From NCBI GenBank assembly GCA_002269645.1, contig NIVC01000422.1, positions 496,001-560,000 of the forward strand: a DNA stretch of 64,000 bases, read 5' to 3'. Under the pieces are notes generated by a model, which was not told the origin of the DNA, made no database searches, and worked only from the letters and a program-made list of their open reading frames with translations. Positions within the stretch are counted from its first letter, which is position 1; every line of letters starts with the position of its first letter. The DNA comes from Macrostomum lignano (lineage: Eukaryota). Shown here piece by piece: positions 24,821 to 38,200 of the stretch. A program made the translations under genes and the position numbers.

Positions 24821-27800
24821 GGCGTTGTCGAGAAGAATTTTCTTCCAGAAGAACCACTACAAAAACCTGTCGTCTGTATTGTGCTTTGTGTGACAGATTG
24901 ATTTTTAAAACAGTTGCTCCTTAGAACGCTACTCTGGACATTGCAGTTATATTCCAGGTTATTAGCAGATTAAATAGTGACCCATGCTAAAAATGTTCTT
25001 CAATTTTAAGGATTGATATGATATACAATTATAGTAGCTAAGTTCAGCATTCTAGAATGAACTAAAGTTGTAATGGCAAAGTCATCAGTCGCAGTGATGT
25101 TCACTTGGCGGAATTCTAACTTTTGCAGAAGCTTTGCCTTCTGTCACAGCTTTATTTCTTATTTTACGCTTGGTACCGCAACCTGCTTCTAAAATTTACA
25201 GATCGTACGCGCACGTAATGACAAGAGAGAAGTTCATTTTTAGAAAACACTATCTCTTGATTACGTTGCTATAACTGTTCTAAATCTGCTGTAAGTGTTT
25301 GCAAAGTTAAGACTGAAATGCATAGAACTATCTTTATAGGCCCAACTAATTTTGATGAATTGCATGGTTTTGAAAATTGAAACGTTACCTTGTGCTAGAA
25401 AATTGGGACTCCTTTGACTTTTGGAAACAGCAGCCAGAGAACAGGCATAATACTATCAATTTGCGCATAAAATTCTCATTTTGCATGCTGTTATAGGTTA
25501 TATTCTGCTTCTAAAAACATCACGGACAACTGAAAAAGTTACTAAATTTTCCTCGAATTGCATCAATCTTTTACTGTTTCGACAATCGTATAATTGTTGC
25601 TATTATTGTTGAGTATTCGGGAATTGCTAATCTACGAGACGTACTAAGAGTTGTGCATTTTTCCAACAATGACAACAGAAGCCAGTCAACGAAGGGAATG
25701 CCAAGTTGCCAGAGAAGGTCTTCAAGAGTGCACTTTATTATCAGTGCGATAAATCCCTGATTGTCTAATGCGCTCCTAGATCGAGCTCAAGAAGGATGAG
25801 CGCAGAATTCTAGGTTATGGTGAACTTTTTTTACAATATCTTTCACGTAAAACAAAACTAGGCTGTACGATATTTGCGTACGGCTGTACGCAAAGCTAAA
25901 AGCTATATATTACAGTATATTATACATTCGTTCGTTCGATCCGAGCCGTCCTCCAGTCCGAAGCGCTGCCCGACCGCCAGAGGGCTCGGCTGTGGCAGCG
26001 GTGGTCGAAACCATCCTGCTATACAACGCCGAGTGGACGCTGACGGCTACGCTAGAGCGGCAGCTGGACTCGGCGCACTCAGGGCTGCTCCGTGCGGCCT
26101 TTCGAGCTAACGAGAGCGTCGGAACCGAGGCCCTGTACGATCGGGCCAAGCTGCAGCGCCCGTCCATCATCCTGCGCCGGCGGCGACTTAAACTGGCGGG
26201 CCACAAGATCCGGGCCGAGGGCTACTGCCCCCAACCTGTTCAGGACGTCCTGCTGCTCACCTTGCAGGGTCCGTTCAGGCGGGGTCAGGCCCGAACCCGT
26301 CGATACGTGGACTGCCTGCTGTGCGACGCTGGGGCGCCCGACACTGCCAACGGAGCGGACTTTGTTCGCTCCCAGGCTCTGCGGCGCGCCATCTGACGCG
26401 CCCTGCTCCAACTGTGACTGTGCATGCGGGGTCGCGTATTTTGTTGTTGTTGTTGTTGTATATTATACATTACAATATATAAAACATGTTTTTTATAGCC
26501 AGCAATGTACAATGAAATGCAAGTAAAGAAAGGCGAATCAGGATAAAACTAATAGTCACCGGCATGAAACATCTGTTGATGCTAGTCGTATAGTGTATTT
26601 CTTAAGAAAACTGTACAATTGCGGACAATATTTTTTTCAAGAAAAATATGTAAGTGGAAAAGCAAGAATTCGTTGGAAAATACATTTAGGAGCGTATTAC
26701 CTCTACAGAAATCTTCACATTGACTTTCTAATTTGTGTGATTAAATCGTTGGTCCGCGAGCCGTGCGTTATGGCTAGCAGCAATTTTCACAAAACAGGAA
26801 GTTTATGCAACGTCAAAATGGTAGATGAAGCCTATTCCAGCACGAGGCAATGCCCATCTAAGCTCGTTAAAACGTAGGCATAAATAATCCTGTTGTTGCG
26901 TAGGTCAACTGAATATTTAAATTAAAAATTAACAAAGTAGCCATAGGCGCATCAAAAAAAAGTTTAAGTGATGACGAATCGTAGACTTTCTGGGAGAAGT
27001 CTGGTATCGTTTAAGTGTCTGCTGCTTCGAGGACTAGTGGTAATTACTTTAATTTATGAATTTATTTCAATGCCATATTTAGTAAGTTAGATGACAATAT
27101 GCAAAGCGGGAAACATTTTAAGACTTCCACATGCACGAGCCTAGGTCTTCTGGTATGATGCTTCGCGAGAGGATTCACTTTTAGATACTTAAACAAATAT
27201 TTCCAAGCGTTTATTAAAAACTGAAAAAGACACTTTGTTCCAATTCAGCTAAACTTTTTCTATTCTAAACGCGCAGGTTGCAGCCACAGTCTTCTACCTG
27301 CCAGATACATCGGCGCAACGAAATGGTGACAATCGGTATTTGCTGCTATGGGGCGACACCTGGTTTGCCAGTGGACCCAAATTAGCACAGCTGGCCATTT
27401 TATCCGCCGAATCATCCGGTCATATTCTGAATATCAAAACTAACCTTCGCTTCGGGATGACTTCAGAGAACGCAACTAAATATTGTTTCTTAAAATACAA
27501 ATGTAACATCAGTGATTCTGATACAGACTTTTCAGAAGTGAGTCTTCACAGAAATTTAAATGAACAAAAGAAAAAGCTATGCTTCCGAGGCGCTATCGCC
27601 TTTGAGATTGAATCGAAAAGTGGTTTCGATAATTTCGGTTTTCAACTTATTAAATCTTTGGAACAAGGAAGTAAAAACTATACATTTACTCCCACATTCC
27701 GAGATGCACTGACATTGCAGGTGGTATGGAAAGGCTTCGATGGCAAGATTCTGATGGAAAGCGGTCGACTCTACGTTTGGACCATGGATGCTTGGTTGAA

Positions 27801-29628
27801 AATTCCTATTTTGGTTCACAATGCATCGGAAATACTGAATGCTTTGTTTTCGCGAGGCATGATCGAGTCAGGGGTGGACACAGCGCAAAGTGTCCAAATC
27901 ATAAGTGATAATTTAGTCAGCCTGATCAAATCAGCTCCTCCATTCTTGCAGCCATTGATCAATGTAGGCCTTGCGCTCAGCCCAGACCATTGTCAGAATC
28001 TGCAGTTCAGCCGATCAGCCATTCTAACAAATAATTTCTACACGAAGCTAGACAAGTGGAACTTGGATCTGATGGGGCATGCACAACTGGACGTGGCTAC
28101 AGGTAGATTGAAATTGTTCTCAATTGGCATCATGGATGTAATGAAACAACGCAGCACAGGAGACGTCACATTTTGCGTCATTCTGTCCCTTTCTGGCGAA
28201 CGGGAACCTTACGAAGTTCGCCGAAGAGTTGGACGCTTGTCTCTTCCGAGCACAAGACAGGCTGGAACACCACTTGTAGTTCGCGGTGCAAAATGCAGTC
28301 TTGTTGGTAAGAAAAGAAGAAGTATAACTCTTCGATCAGGAATGGTTCGCTCTCATGTAGCTTGTCCGATTGTGTGCAACTCGGCGATCGGGAGTCAACA
28401 ATTCGAGTTTTACCACAACAATCAGTCTCTGATTGCTGAATTGTCAACAGGTTACCCTACTAAGCAATGGACAACGCTTGCCAATGGAATAAAGATCTCG
28501 ACTGGAGGTCACGTGATCGAACTGCCGAAGAAACTGTCGCAGAAAAGTCACGGTGGTGACTACATGTGCAGAGCAGGAGGAGTGTCTGCACATATACAAG
28601 TTCATGTAGTTGTTCCACCACAGAGGCTGAGGTACCCTCCAGATCGAGTTTTGGTAGCTGAGGGTGACAGCATAAACCTGACTTGCAAGACTGAAGTGTC
28701 GGACCAAGCAGACACGCGAATAAGTGTCAATTATAAAACTAAAACTCAAAGAAACCCACAGTTTTCGTCGATTCTTACCAAAAAGACTGTATACTTACCT
28801 CCGACTGAAAATAATTTGAATCGTTTCTACGGAATAAATACTTCAGCTTCCTTTAAAGACGCAAATACTTTTGTATGTACAGTGCAATCTATACAAGACG
28901 GTGAGCCCGAACTGCCGATGTACTGGATGCGTGCTCGCTCCCACATCGTTTTAGTTCCCGAAATTCTCCCAGCAGCCCATGTCACAGCTAGCAGTGCGAG
29001 TCACTGCTCATGGAAACATCTGTGCCTGATTTACAGTCGCATTGACTGGAAGTTTTCTATGGAGCGACGGTTCCTTGAGTCTGTAACATCTTCTGGAGCT
29101 CGCTTTACTGGACATTTCAGTCTAAACGGACTCGCGCTCACACGAGCATTCCTGATCGAACGCGGTTGGCAAGACGCATTGAGCATCGAGTATGACAATA
29201 AAAATGGTCAACTCATTCTTAGCGTAAACGTTGCCGCCACGAAGAGCACGCCAAATTTACTGAACCTTTTTAAAGAACAAGCGTCAAAGAAATCGGGTTC
29301 ACTCACCGCGGTGTTTAACTATCACTACCCTGACATTGAAGTCCTCGGCCATATAGAACTGGTAAGATACTCTCGGAAAGTGGAGTACAACGGTAGCGAC
29401 ACAATCTGTGCTGAAGATCCGACTTGTTTCTACTCTACTGCATTCGAAGACCAGCTGATTAACTCAAATAGGTCAGAGAGCCTTAAGAAGATGATGTTGA
29501 ACTTTGATTTGATCGCTGAAAGCGACGATCCGACAAGTTTCTATCGTGGACTGGCTCTGCTGCTGTCTGCTGTAGTGCTTGGTTGTGGCGCTTTGATAGC
29601 GCTTGGATTCTGGCTCCGCCGGCGTTCG
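22186..29628. repeat. 1.9-kb inverted duplication (22186-24101 vs 27716-29628)
   Basis: Reverse-complement near-identity from LQVVWKG to FWLRRRS. Arms are 1916 and 1913 bp; the 3-bp difference is the PELLPMY/PELPMY indel. Confidence 0.95.
25929..26457 (+). mobile_element. 5'-truncated non-LTR retrotransposon (RTE/CR1-like 3' end)
   Basis: RT C-terminal motif VETILLYNAE.WTLT...LKLAGH..RA; (TTG)n tail; 14-bp TSD GTATATTATACATT at 25915-25928 and 26458-26471. Confidence 0.88.
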
Positions 29629-29778
29629 CGACATCAAAGTTTCGTGGCTACAGGGCCGCAATGCCGGTGGGAAACTGAGCCAGGAAACAATTTCGAACGG
29701 CAAGACGCTTACGATGTCATACTTTTTGTTGATAAGCCAGAGCCGACTGCTGTTATTAGAAATGATTTTTTGTCGTAA
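26971..29778 (+). CDS. Type I membrane protein with Ig-like domains, paralog B (~856 aa)
   Basis: join(26971-27039,27277-29778): MTNRRLSGRSLVSFKCLLLRGLV|VAATVFYL..., phase-0 intron (GTAATT...GCGCAG) at the same position as in paralog A. Same Ig-like/TM core; tail with YDVI. The first exon is inferred. Confidence 0.78.
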
Positions 29779-30394
29779 ATAGAAAAGTGGAGGATTTCTA
29801 AATTGCATATTTTTTATGAACTTTACTACTGTTTACAGAACAGAAGAAGCGCAACTCATATCCAGTAATAATTATTAGTAATAATGCTAATTTTTTTAAA
29901 TTCTCTATTCATTTTTTAGTTTTGCATGTTGCTTTAGTCCGCCTTATTCTGTCCGATTGTATGTCGAAAAACACGACTGGATTTATTAGTACTTGCATCA
30001 GGTACAAATGTAAATACCATGCTACATTTTCACTCAAGGGATTTTCTGATTTTAGCTCGAGTTTCAGTCCCAGTCATAGTGATTTATTTTATTGCTTTCT
30101 TTTTTCGTTTCGGTTTTGTTAACAAAAACAATATACGCTATTATGCGCTATTCAAGCTATTCAAGTATTCAAGGTATGCGCTAAAATAAACTTACATGCA
30201 CGAATTCATTACCCATTCCATGGACCACTCATTATTGTCAGTCTCTCCAGTTGGATTCTCAGAGCAAAATCGCAAACACACACTGTACCTTCTCTAAATG
30301 CTTTTCAGTTAATGATCAGTTTTAGTGATAAAAGTGGGCTAACAAGAATGAAAATAGCACCCTGCAGTTTCGATAGTTACTGAATCATAAAGTT

Positions 30395-30790
30395 GTATAT
30401 GTGCATCACCCTGCTCTGCGCAGGGCCCTGCTTGAACTCAACCGTAGGGTCACCAGGGCGGTGAGTCGTGACCATAGCCCTTCGGGTCATGGCTGTTTTT
30501 TCAGGCATCGTCACTTCCAGCTCCAGGGAAAAATCCGTAACGAGAAATGCCTTTTCTGCCTCTCCGGTGTCGAGAATGCTGAGCACTTCATCTGTGAATA
30601 CCCCGCCTTTACCCAGGACAGGCTCAACCACTTCTGCTCAAAACCGGACCTCTCTAAAGTTTTCAGGCCCGAGAACCTCTGCCAGCTCGTCCGCTACCTA
30701 AGGGCCATCGGGCGAGCGACCATCCACCTCCTGGACTCTCTGGAGGGGGACCGCGCTGCGGACAGTGGCACCACCGGATCTCTCTAGCTG
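30395..30790 (+). mobile_element. Fragment of a non-LTR retrotransposon C-terminus (I/R1/Loa-like CCHC tail)
   Basis: CLFC....[15 protein letters not shown]...L.QL..YL...GR resembles the CX2CX7-8HX4C C-terminal motif of LINE ORF2 (one Cys altered). No TSD found. Confidence 0.6.
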
Positions 30791-32766
30791 CCATAGCTCC
30801 CAGTGATAGCCAGGGGTAAGCGAAATGGGCGGCAACGCCTCCTCGCTGCATCCGGATGCACGGAGCCCCCTCAGCTACGTAAAGCAAGTATATGCATCGC
30901 CTTGTTACGTACAAGTCTAGAATTTCATTCTTGCCTTTGTTTACTTAAGCACGGCCATAAGTTACGAACGATAAAGAATAAAGAGGAAGCCAGGACCACG
31001 AGTCTTAGAATCTGGGTTTAGGGTTAAGTCAGCTTCAGTATTCAAATCAAAAAGGTCAGCTTGGAAAAAAGTATTCGACTGGCTCTGAAGCTGGCCGTGC
31101 AATTCGCGCCCATCATGAGGTATTCCACTCGTAAATATATAAACATCCACAAATATTATTGCAAATCATTGCTTGAATTGCTTTACATTTGATAAATTGA
31201 ATTATAACTACATTGCTGGATATTGACGTCGTACGTCGGCTATGTACAGGTACATAGTTATCAGGGACATTGATAAACGCCGGGGAGCGCGTCGGATTGC
31301 TGTATGGGTCTAGAGGTGCTGGCCTTGGCGATATGCGCATCGTCTTTCTGTCTCCGAGAGCTTGAAACCTGAATGCAAGAGATGATTAGATCCCGACTGT
31401 AAATGGTGTCCATTAAAAAAAGCGGCAAAATTAGTAAAAACCTAAATTTATTTACCATTTCATCTTTTGTCGCTTCATCCGCTGTTTCAAGGATGCTTAG
31501 TGCAGACGCAAGCAGATCGCTTCGACGAAACCGCTTCTCTCGTATGAGCACTTGCAGTTAAGGGTGCCAGTTTTCCCAACTGCTCCAGTGTCCAGAAAAC
31601 ATTGGTTCCCAAGCCAGGATGCACTGCGTTTCATCAACTTTAATAACTTCTCTGTCCCGAACAGAATAACAATATTTATTTCATATTGGCTCTTCTAAGC
31701 TATGAATAGAACAATATTTAAGCATTCATAAACACAGACTACTTTAGTAAAAATAAATTACAAAAAAGTAGTCCGTGCAATTGAAGACAAAGCTGACACT
31801 GGAAAATTATTTTTTATATTTTTTCGATGAATTGGTTCTGAATGCTGAATGCATGAATGCATGAACCTACCTACATGTACGTGATCATAGTTGTAGAAGC
31901 GATTCCAAGATTCTAGAAAGTACCCTAGCTAGTGTTCAAAATTCAAACTATTACAATAATTTCGGTCCAAAGAAGCACTGAAGTTCTTTGGGTACCCATG
32001 GAGACCAACCAGAGCAATATATGAAACCGCAAACGTGCGAGCTGACACAGACTGCTGCATTTTTGATAGGCCAATACCAATGGAAGGCGCCTAGACGTTT
32101 ACAAAATGGCACTGCATGTACATGCACATGTTGCATGTATTATATGTTGTAGGATATAAAATAAACATATGGAATGCTTATTTTCTGAGCGAAAAGCCGT
32201 AAATATCAATAGAGCTATAAGAGAGGGAAGACATATCCAATGGAAATTGTGTCTGCCTCCTACAAGAGGTGTGCTGGAAAATGAAACCCTATTTCCATCT
32301 ATGTATATTTCCTTATTTTACAGGTATTTTCGTAACTAACAGTAAAACCTGTCTCCTAAAATTTTGCAAGAAACTACGTAGTTTCCCGTCCTTTAATCCT
32401 GTACTTGAAACTACAAAGTTAGGCTCGAAATTTAAACGGATGATTGTTGCATTGTAAGGTTAAGTTAAAGATTATAAGTTGTAAGGAGAAAGGGCACCAC
32501 AAAAGCCATGATGCTGTCCGCTGTGCGTAAAGTGCGATTATCCTGGGACGACTACCGATTCATAGCCTTCTATCTCCGCAGTTGCATCCTTGGTACCTTT
32601 TGGGCTATTTGGAGGGTGTATTTTATGCCTAAAAGCGTGAAATACATATAATACGCGTAGCAACCATGGGTTGTAAATTAGATAACTCGAGTTGGACTTG
32701 AAAAACAGTCACCAATTATCGGTTTCAGTGTGCAATTTCGGCGGTCAGATCTTGACTCAGAAAGTA

Positions 32767-35218
32767 TGAGGGCTGAGCAAAAAGTTTCCGGATGTGCCCA
32801 GACAGAAATAGTTAGAGAGAAAGAAACAGTTAAATCTTTTCAAAGTACTCTTCAGCAGATTCGATGCAAATTTTCATGCGCTTAAATCACTTGCTGAAGC
32901 AGCTGAACCAATCTAAAGCAGGCACCTCCTCCACATGCCGTGTGAAGGCCTTCACTGCAACTTTGGTGATTCATAGCGGATTCCACGCATCCTGCACTTG
33001 ATTTGTGGATGCACAAAAAAGTCGCAGGGGGCCAGGTCGGGGCTGTAGGGTGGATGACCGAGCTCTTGAATGCACTCTCCGGCCAGGAACTCCGCCACCT
33101 GTCGAGCCTTGTGGGCCGGGGCGTTGTCGTGATGGAGAAGGATGCCCCGAGCTCGAGTCCTTGGGCGACGCCTGGAGAGAGCGCTCAGCACTTCTGGCAG
33201 GCAAACGTTGGCGTACCAGTCACCGGTGACTGTGCGCTGCTGCACGAGTGGAACTGTGGCCAGATGACCGGTTTTCGCCACAAAAACAACCACCATCTGC
33301 TTCGCCACGCTGCGCTCTCGCCGAAGCTTATGTAGTGAGTCGCTAGTTTAGTTAAGCGCCGCACTAGTCAGCTGCCTCCCTCGCCCTCGCCCCAGGCTTC
33401 TGTCTGCCGCTGGGCAGTTGCCTGTCCCTCCCGCCTGTCCTCTGGCCTGTCCCTTGCCCGCCTGCCTGTCTGTTTGTTTGTCCTCGTTTGCCCCCGTTTG
33501 CCTCGTGTTCTCGTTTTGCAGTGCCCAGACAGCTTGGTCTGGCCTGCCTCTGTTTCGTTCTCTGTTTGGCATCTCCAAATTTGGAGTGCCATTCTGTTTT
33601 CCGGTCCCACGGTCACGAGTGCCTTCACTTGTGGGCCTTTTCCCCTTGTCATGTGAGCCAGTCACTTGACAAGGCCTTCTTCCTTCTTTAGTCCAAAGTG
33701 CAATGATTTCATCATTGTACGCTGGGCTCGTGTTTATGGGGAGATCATGTGCGCCCGGACCCCCTTGCCTGCTCTGAGGCAGGGCCCGCTTGTTTGTTGC
33801 TAAAAATAGCAACAGAGTCACTTATGACTCTCAGCGGGGGCCTTTCGTGCTATGGTGCAATCGATTCTCCCTATAAATGCGGCCCCTCTCATGGCTTGGC
33901 TCAGCCAAGCGTTTCCGCGTGTTCACCCTTTCGGCCTTTCCGCGTTCCCAGCATTCAGCCTTTCCAGTTTTCCCGAGTAACCGTTCTCTTCGTCCAGCGA
34001 ATACTCTAAGTTTGTGTGCCAAGTTGAGCTAAAGTTTAACTCCAAGACTCCCGACTTTGCGCGTGCCTGCTTCCGTTGCTCCTGCTATCAATTAGCAGGC
34101 CAGCTCGGATCACCCGAAGCTAGCACTTTCGCTCTCACCCCGCACCAGCCCGGTAGGGCCTGCTGACGGTGGGCACCTCTGCGCGAGAACTGCTAAATCT
34201 GCACGGAGTGCGAGTCTCTTTCTCTCGTCTTAGTTATTTGCTTCTACGAGCTCAGCACCTCACCGAAGGCTGCGACTCTGCGAAGCTGGTGGCAGCACTA
34301 CCTAAGCTACAAGTATTGTTTCTAAGAAACCGGCAGCTAGAGGTCACCGCCCTGCACCAGGAGACCTACCAGGCCATCTCTAGTCGACATCGCAGAAGCC
34401 TGTACTTCATTGGTGGCAGCGCTCCTATTGAAGGCCTCTAGACAACAACAGGCAAGACACAAACACTTCACTTAGACGATGGGGTGCCGCCAACTGGAGT
34501 CCGCTGGGCCGACTGCTGCTTAGTCTCCGGGTCGAAACTATAGATCCAGGACTCGTCACCACTGACGATATCCCAAACCGAGTTTGAGCTGCCTCCGTTG
34601 AATCTGTCGAGCATGGTGCGGCACCAGGTCACCCGAGCCTCCTTCTGCTCCGGAGCCAGCTGATGAGGCACCCAGCGTGCAGAAATCTTGCTCAGGTTGA
34701 GCTGTGAATGCAGGATCGTCCTGATGGATCCTGATGAGATGCCCACCTCTGCCTCTATCTGGGTCACAGTCACTCGGGCATCATCCTCAACCATGGCCCG
34801 GAAAGCAGCAACATTATCCTCGGTCGTTGCGGAGACAGACCGGCCGCTGCGCTCCTCATCATCCAGACTCTGCCTGCCGCGTCGAAATTCGGCAAACCAG
34901 TCAAAAACGGTGGATCTAGAAGGTGCTTCATCCCCAAAAGCTCCTCGCAATCGCTCAAGAGTTTCTTGCTGATGCAAACCACTTTTAAAATCGTAATAGA
35001 TCAGTGCTCTAAAATGACTCCTATTGAGCTCCATTGTGAATTTGATAGATAGGGTGGGTATGGTAGCTTGGTTTGGGTGCTGCACTGGCTATATAGGACC
35101 AGTGTGTCTGAAACTTTACAAACATTGTACTTATATAATGTACTTGACACCTATGGTGTCAGATTGTGTCAGCCGCCTCTCAACTATGCACATCCGGAAA
35201 CTTATTGCTCAGCCCTCG
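32767..35218 (-). mobile_element. Mariner (Tc1/mariner, DD34D) transposon, defective, interrupted by a solo LTR
   Basis: 28-bp TIRs (T/C)GAGGGCTGAGCAA(A/T)AAGTTTCCGGATG; TA TSD at 32765-66 and 35219-20; 1308 bp once the insert and one TSD copy are removed. Transposase from ATG 35034 has WVPHQL, GDESW, HDNAPAH and YSPDLAPCDF; frameshift and stop near the C-terminus. Confidence 0.95.
33331..34470. mobile_element. Solo LTR (1140 bp) inserted in the mariner transposase
   Basis: Termini TGTAGTG...CACTTCA; 4-bp TSD CTTA (33327-30 and 34471-74); TATA-like CCTATAAAT at ~33872; no internal coding domain. The transposase frame rejoins across it (GTPSSK|LRRERSVAKQMV). Confidence 0.85.
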
Positions 35219-35238
35219 TATACATGTAGAAGGATTAC

Positions 35239-38200
35239 TGTCGCGAGCAACTCCGGCTAGTGTTTGCGAGTGTTGGTTAGCCACTCAAAAGGGTGGAGAA
35301 GTAGAAGGTGGCTGTGCCTGTGTATTTATTGTCTGACAGAACAGATTTCCGGTTTCATTGAGTGCGCGTGGTGATGTGCTCTAGTAAGGGAGTGGATAGG
35401 CTGGGCCAGTTCGTCACAGAGTGCGAAGTGGCTGTCCTCGAACTGCCTCACTGGGCGCGCATGCTACATCCCTCGTGTGGTAGATCGGAACCTGGGGTGC
35501 GGGTTTGGCTCATGTTACGCGTGATCAAGGAATCAAAGTGTCAGTCTGAGTCAATAGTCAGTCATTGCTGCTGTCCCGTCTGATTTCCGGAGCCTTTCGC
35601 CAGTCGCCCTCTTCGTAGCGTTTCGGCGTCTCTTTAGCCTGTCGGGGGTGCGGCCTGTTGGCGAGCGGGACGTCCTGGTCGGCGGTTGGCTCGTATGGGC
35701 CGGTTGGTTCGTCCGGCTAGCTGTCCTGTCCGCTGTCTCGTTTCTCGTGGCCGTCTGGCCAATCGTCGGCTGCCTGGGAGGCTCGCTTGACGTGGGTGGC
35801 GTGCCTGGAGCAACCTTTGGCCGGCCCGCTGGAGCTGCAGGGTGTTGCCGCAGACTTTTGTCACTGTCCACGGCGAGGCCTCGAAGAAGGGGTCGGTCTT
35901 TCTGCGGTTGGTGAGTCGGCGGAGGACGAGGTCACCCTCGGTGATTTCGTGGTCGGTGGCGCCTCTCTTGCTGTCTGCGAATACCTTCATCCGCTCCTTC
36001 GCCCTGGAGTCGTGGCCGCAAACGGTCTGTCGCCTGGCGTCAACCGGTCGGGAGTAGTGCAGGCTGGGGGATCCTGTCGTTGAGCTGTCGGCCGAACAGC
36101 AGGTCGGCTGGGGCCATGCCGGTTGTTGCGTGCGGTGTTCGACGGTAGGCCGCAAGGTAGTCGTCCATTGCCGTCTGCCAGTCGCTGCTCTCCATGATCG
36201 CCGCTCTGATTGCCTTATTGAGGCCCCAGTTGCATCGCTCCACGAGTCCGTTGGCTTAAGGGTGCAGTGGTGTAGTCCGATGGTGGTTGATGCCCTGACT
36301 GCTCAAGAAGGCGTTGAACTCAGCAGACGAGAATGGCGGGCCGTTGTCGGTGGTCATCTTGACTGATTGGCCAAACGTGCTGAACTACTGGCGGAGGGTT
36401 CGGATGACCGGACTGCTGCTGTCGACCCCGCCATTGTCTGTATCAGTGGAAAACGTGAAAAAGTCGGTGCACACCAGCAGCATGTGGCCTCTGATCGGTT
36501 CCAGGAACTCCAAGCCCAACTCTCGCCAGGGCCCCTGCGGCAACTTAGTAGGCTGGATTGGTGCTGCCTTCAGCTCAGCTATGTTCGTGCAGGCCTTGCA
36601 GCTGAGACAGGAGTTTACAAAATTCTCGACGGAGGCCTGCATAGAAGGCCACCAGACCTTTGTCTGCAGGCGTGCCAAGGATTTTTGGACACCCAGGTGG
36701 CCTTGGTGCTCCAGATGCAGGCAGCGGTAGCGCAGAATGTCGGGAACGACGATTTGGTGCCCTTTGAGCAGGAGTCCGTCGTGCTGTGAGAGCTCGTACC
36801 GCAGGCTGTGTAGGCTGCGCGTGTCGTGGCTTTCGAGTTGCCACCGCTGGGACTGGGCCCGGATACGGCGGCTTGGATCGCCCTGGCGCCTCCGGAGGCC
36901 GCCTTGATCGTGTCGGGGCTGATGCTGTTCGGTGCCGCTGCCTAAGCCGTCATTGCGATGTAGGCCGTGTCGAGATCTTCGCCCTCGTTGTTCGGTGGTG
37001 TTGGACGTGGCTGGCGGCTCAGGACATCCGCCGGGTTGTCTGCCCCTGGTGGGTAGGTGACTTTGAAGTGGAGCTCCTGCAGCTGAAGTGCCATGCGCTC
37101 GATCTGCGGCGGGGGCCGAGAACCAGGGCTGAGCAGGCTGACTAGCGGCTTGTGGTCGGTGAAAACCTTGAACTTTGGGCAGCCGCTAAGGTAGTGGTGG
37201 GATTTGAGGCAGCCGAATTTGATGGCCAGCGCCTCCCTCTCTGTCTGCGAGTAGCGCTGCTCTGTGTCACTGGCGTAGGCTGGCGTAGGTGATTGGCCTG
37301 GTGACACCGCTCGGTTGCATCTAGGCGAGGATCGCCCCGAGGCCGGTCGGCTGGCCTGGTCTCGCAGTTTTTGTTGAAGAAGGCAAGCGTGGTGCTGTGT
37401 GCGATCGACTGCATGATGGAATGGAAGGCAGAGGCTTGCTGTGGGCCCCACGACCACTGCACGTTCTTCTTGGTCAGCTCTCGAAGGGGCCTCGCCTTGT
37501 CGGCGAGATTTGGGATGAAGCGGACTACGAATGTGACGAGTCCGAGGAAGGACCGCACCTCCGTTGCATTTTCTGGTCGCTTGAAGTTGGCCACAGCCTT
37601 CAGCTTTTCCTCGGTCGGTTAGATTCCGGCCGCCGAGAGGCGCGTGGCCAGGAAGTCGGCCTGCTGGGTCGCAATGCGGCATTTGCGGGGGTTCAGAGTC
37701 ACGTTGTGTTGGCGCAGCCTGTCAAGGCAGTTGCGCAGCCTCTCGTTGTGCTCTCAGCTTAGGGTGCTGGCAAAGATGATTGACGTGATGCGAAAGCCAG
37801 GAGCTGATTGTTGTTTAATAACGAATGTGAATGCTTGCGATATATTTGTAGGATAGCCAAAGTTACTTGACGAGCTAAAGACCGAGAGCAATAGCTTAAA
37901 TTTTGTAAATATTAAATTTCACTGATGCACTGGCTAAATGAGTGGGGAGAGTTACAAAATGGTAGAGACTTAAGAGGCGAGGCAATGGCTAGCGCAATGA
38001 TGCACATTGAACAGAGTAGAGTACGCAAAGAGTACGCTCGTACACAATGATTTACTGAGTACACGCAGATCGCAAGCTGCAACCAAAGTGACCAAGCGAA
38101 GTTAAGCAGACAAACCCCACACAGTAACCATTACCAATCAACCATCACTTCAATGATGATGTCGTCATGGACCCACCGCACGCCCCTCAAACCGCTCAGG

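Noticed and set aside
25385-25470. Signal-peptide-like mini-ORF (MRKLIVLCLFSG...) as the first exon of paralog A
   Set aside because: Its donor is phase 2, incompatible with the phase-0 acceptor at 24540; the exon at 24803-24820 fits better.
31261-31640. Short minus-strand ORF
   Set aside because: No recognisable motif or convincing splice structure.
33348-34441. Several ORFs within the 1140-bp insert
   Set aside because: They lie inside a TG...CA, TSD-flanked solo LTR and have no coding signature.
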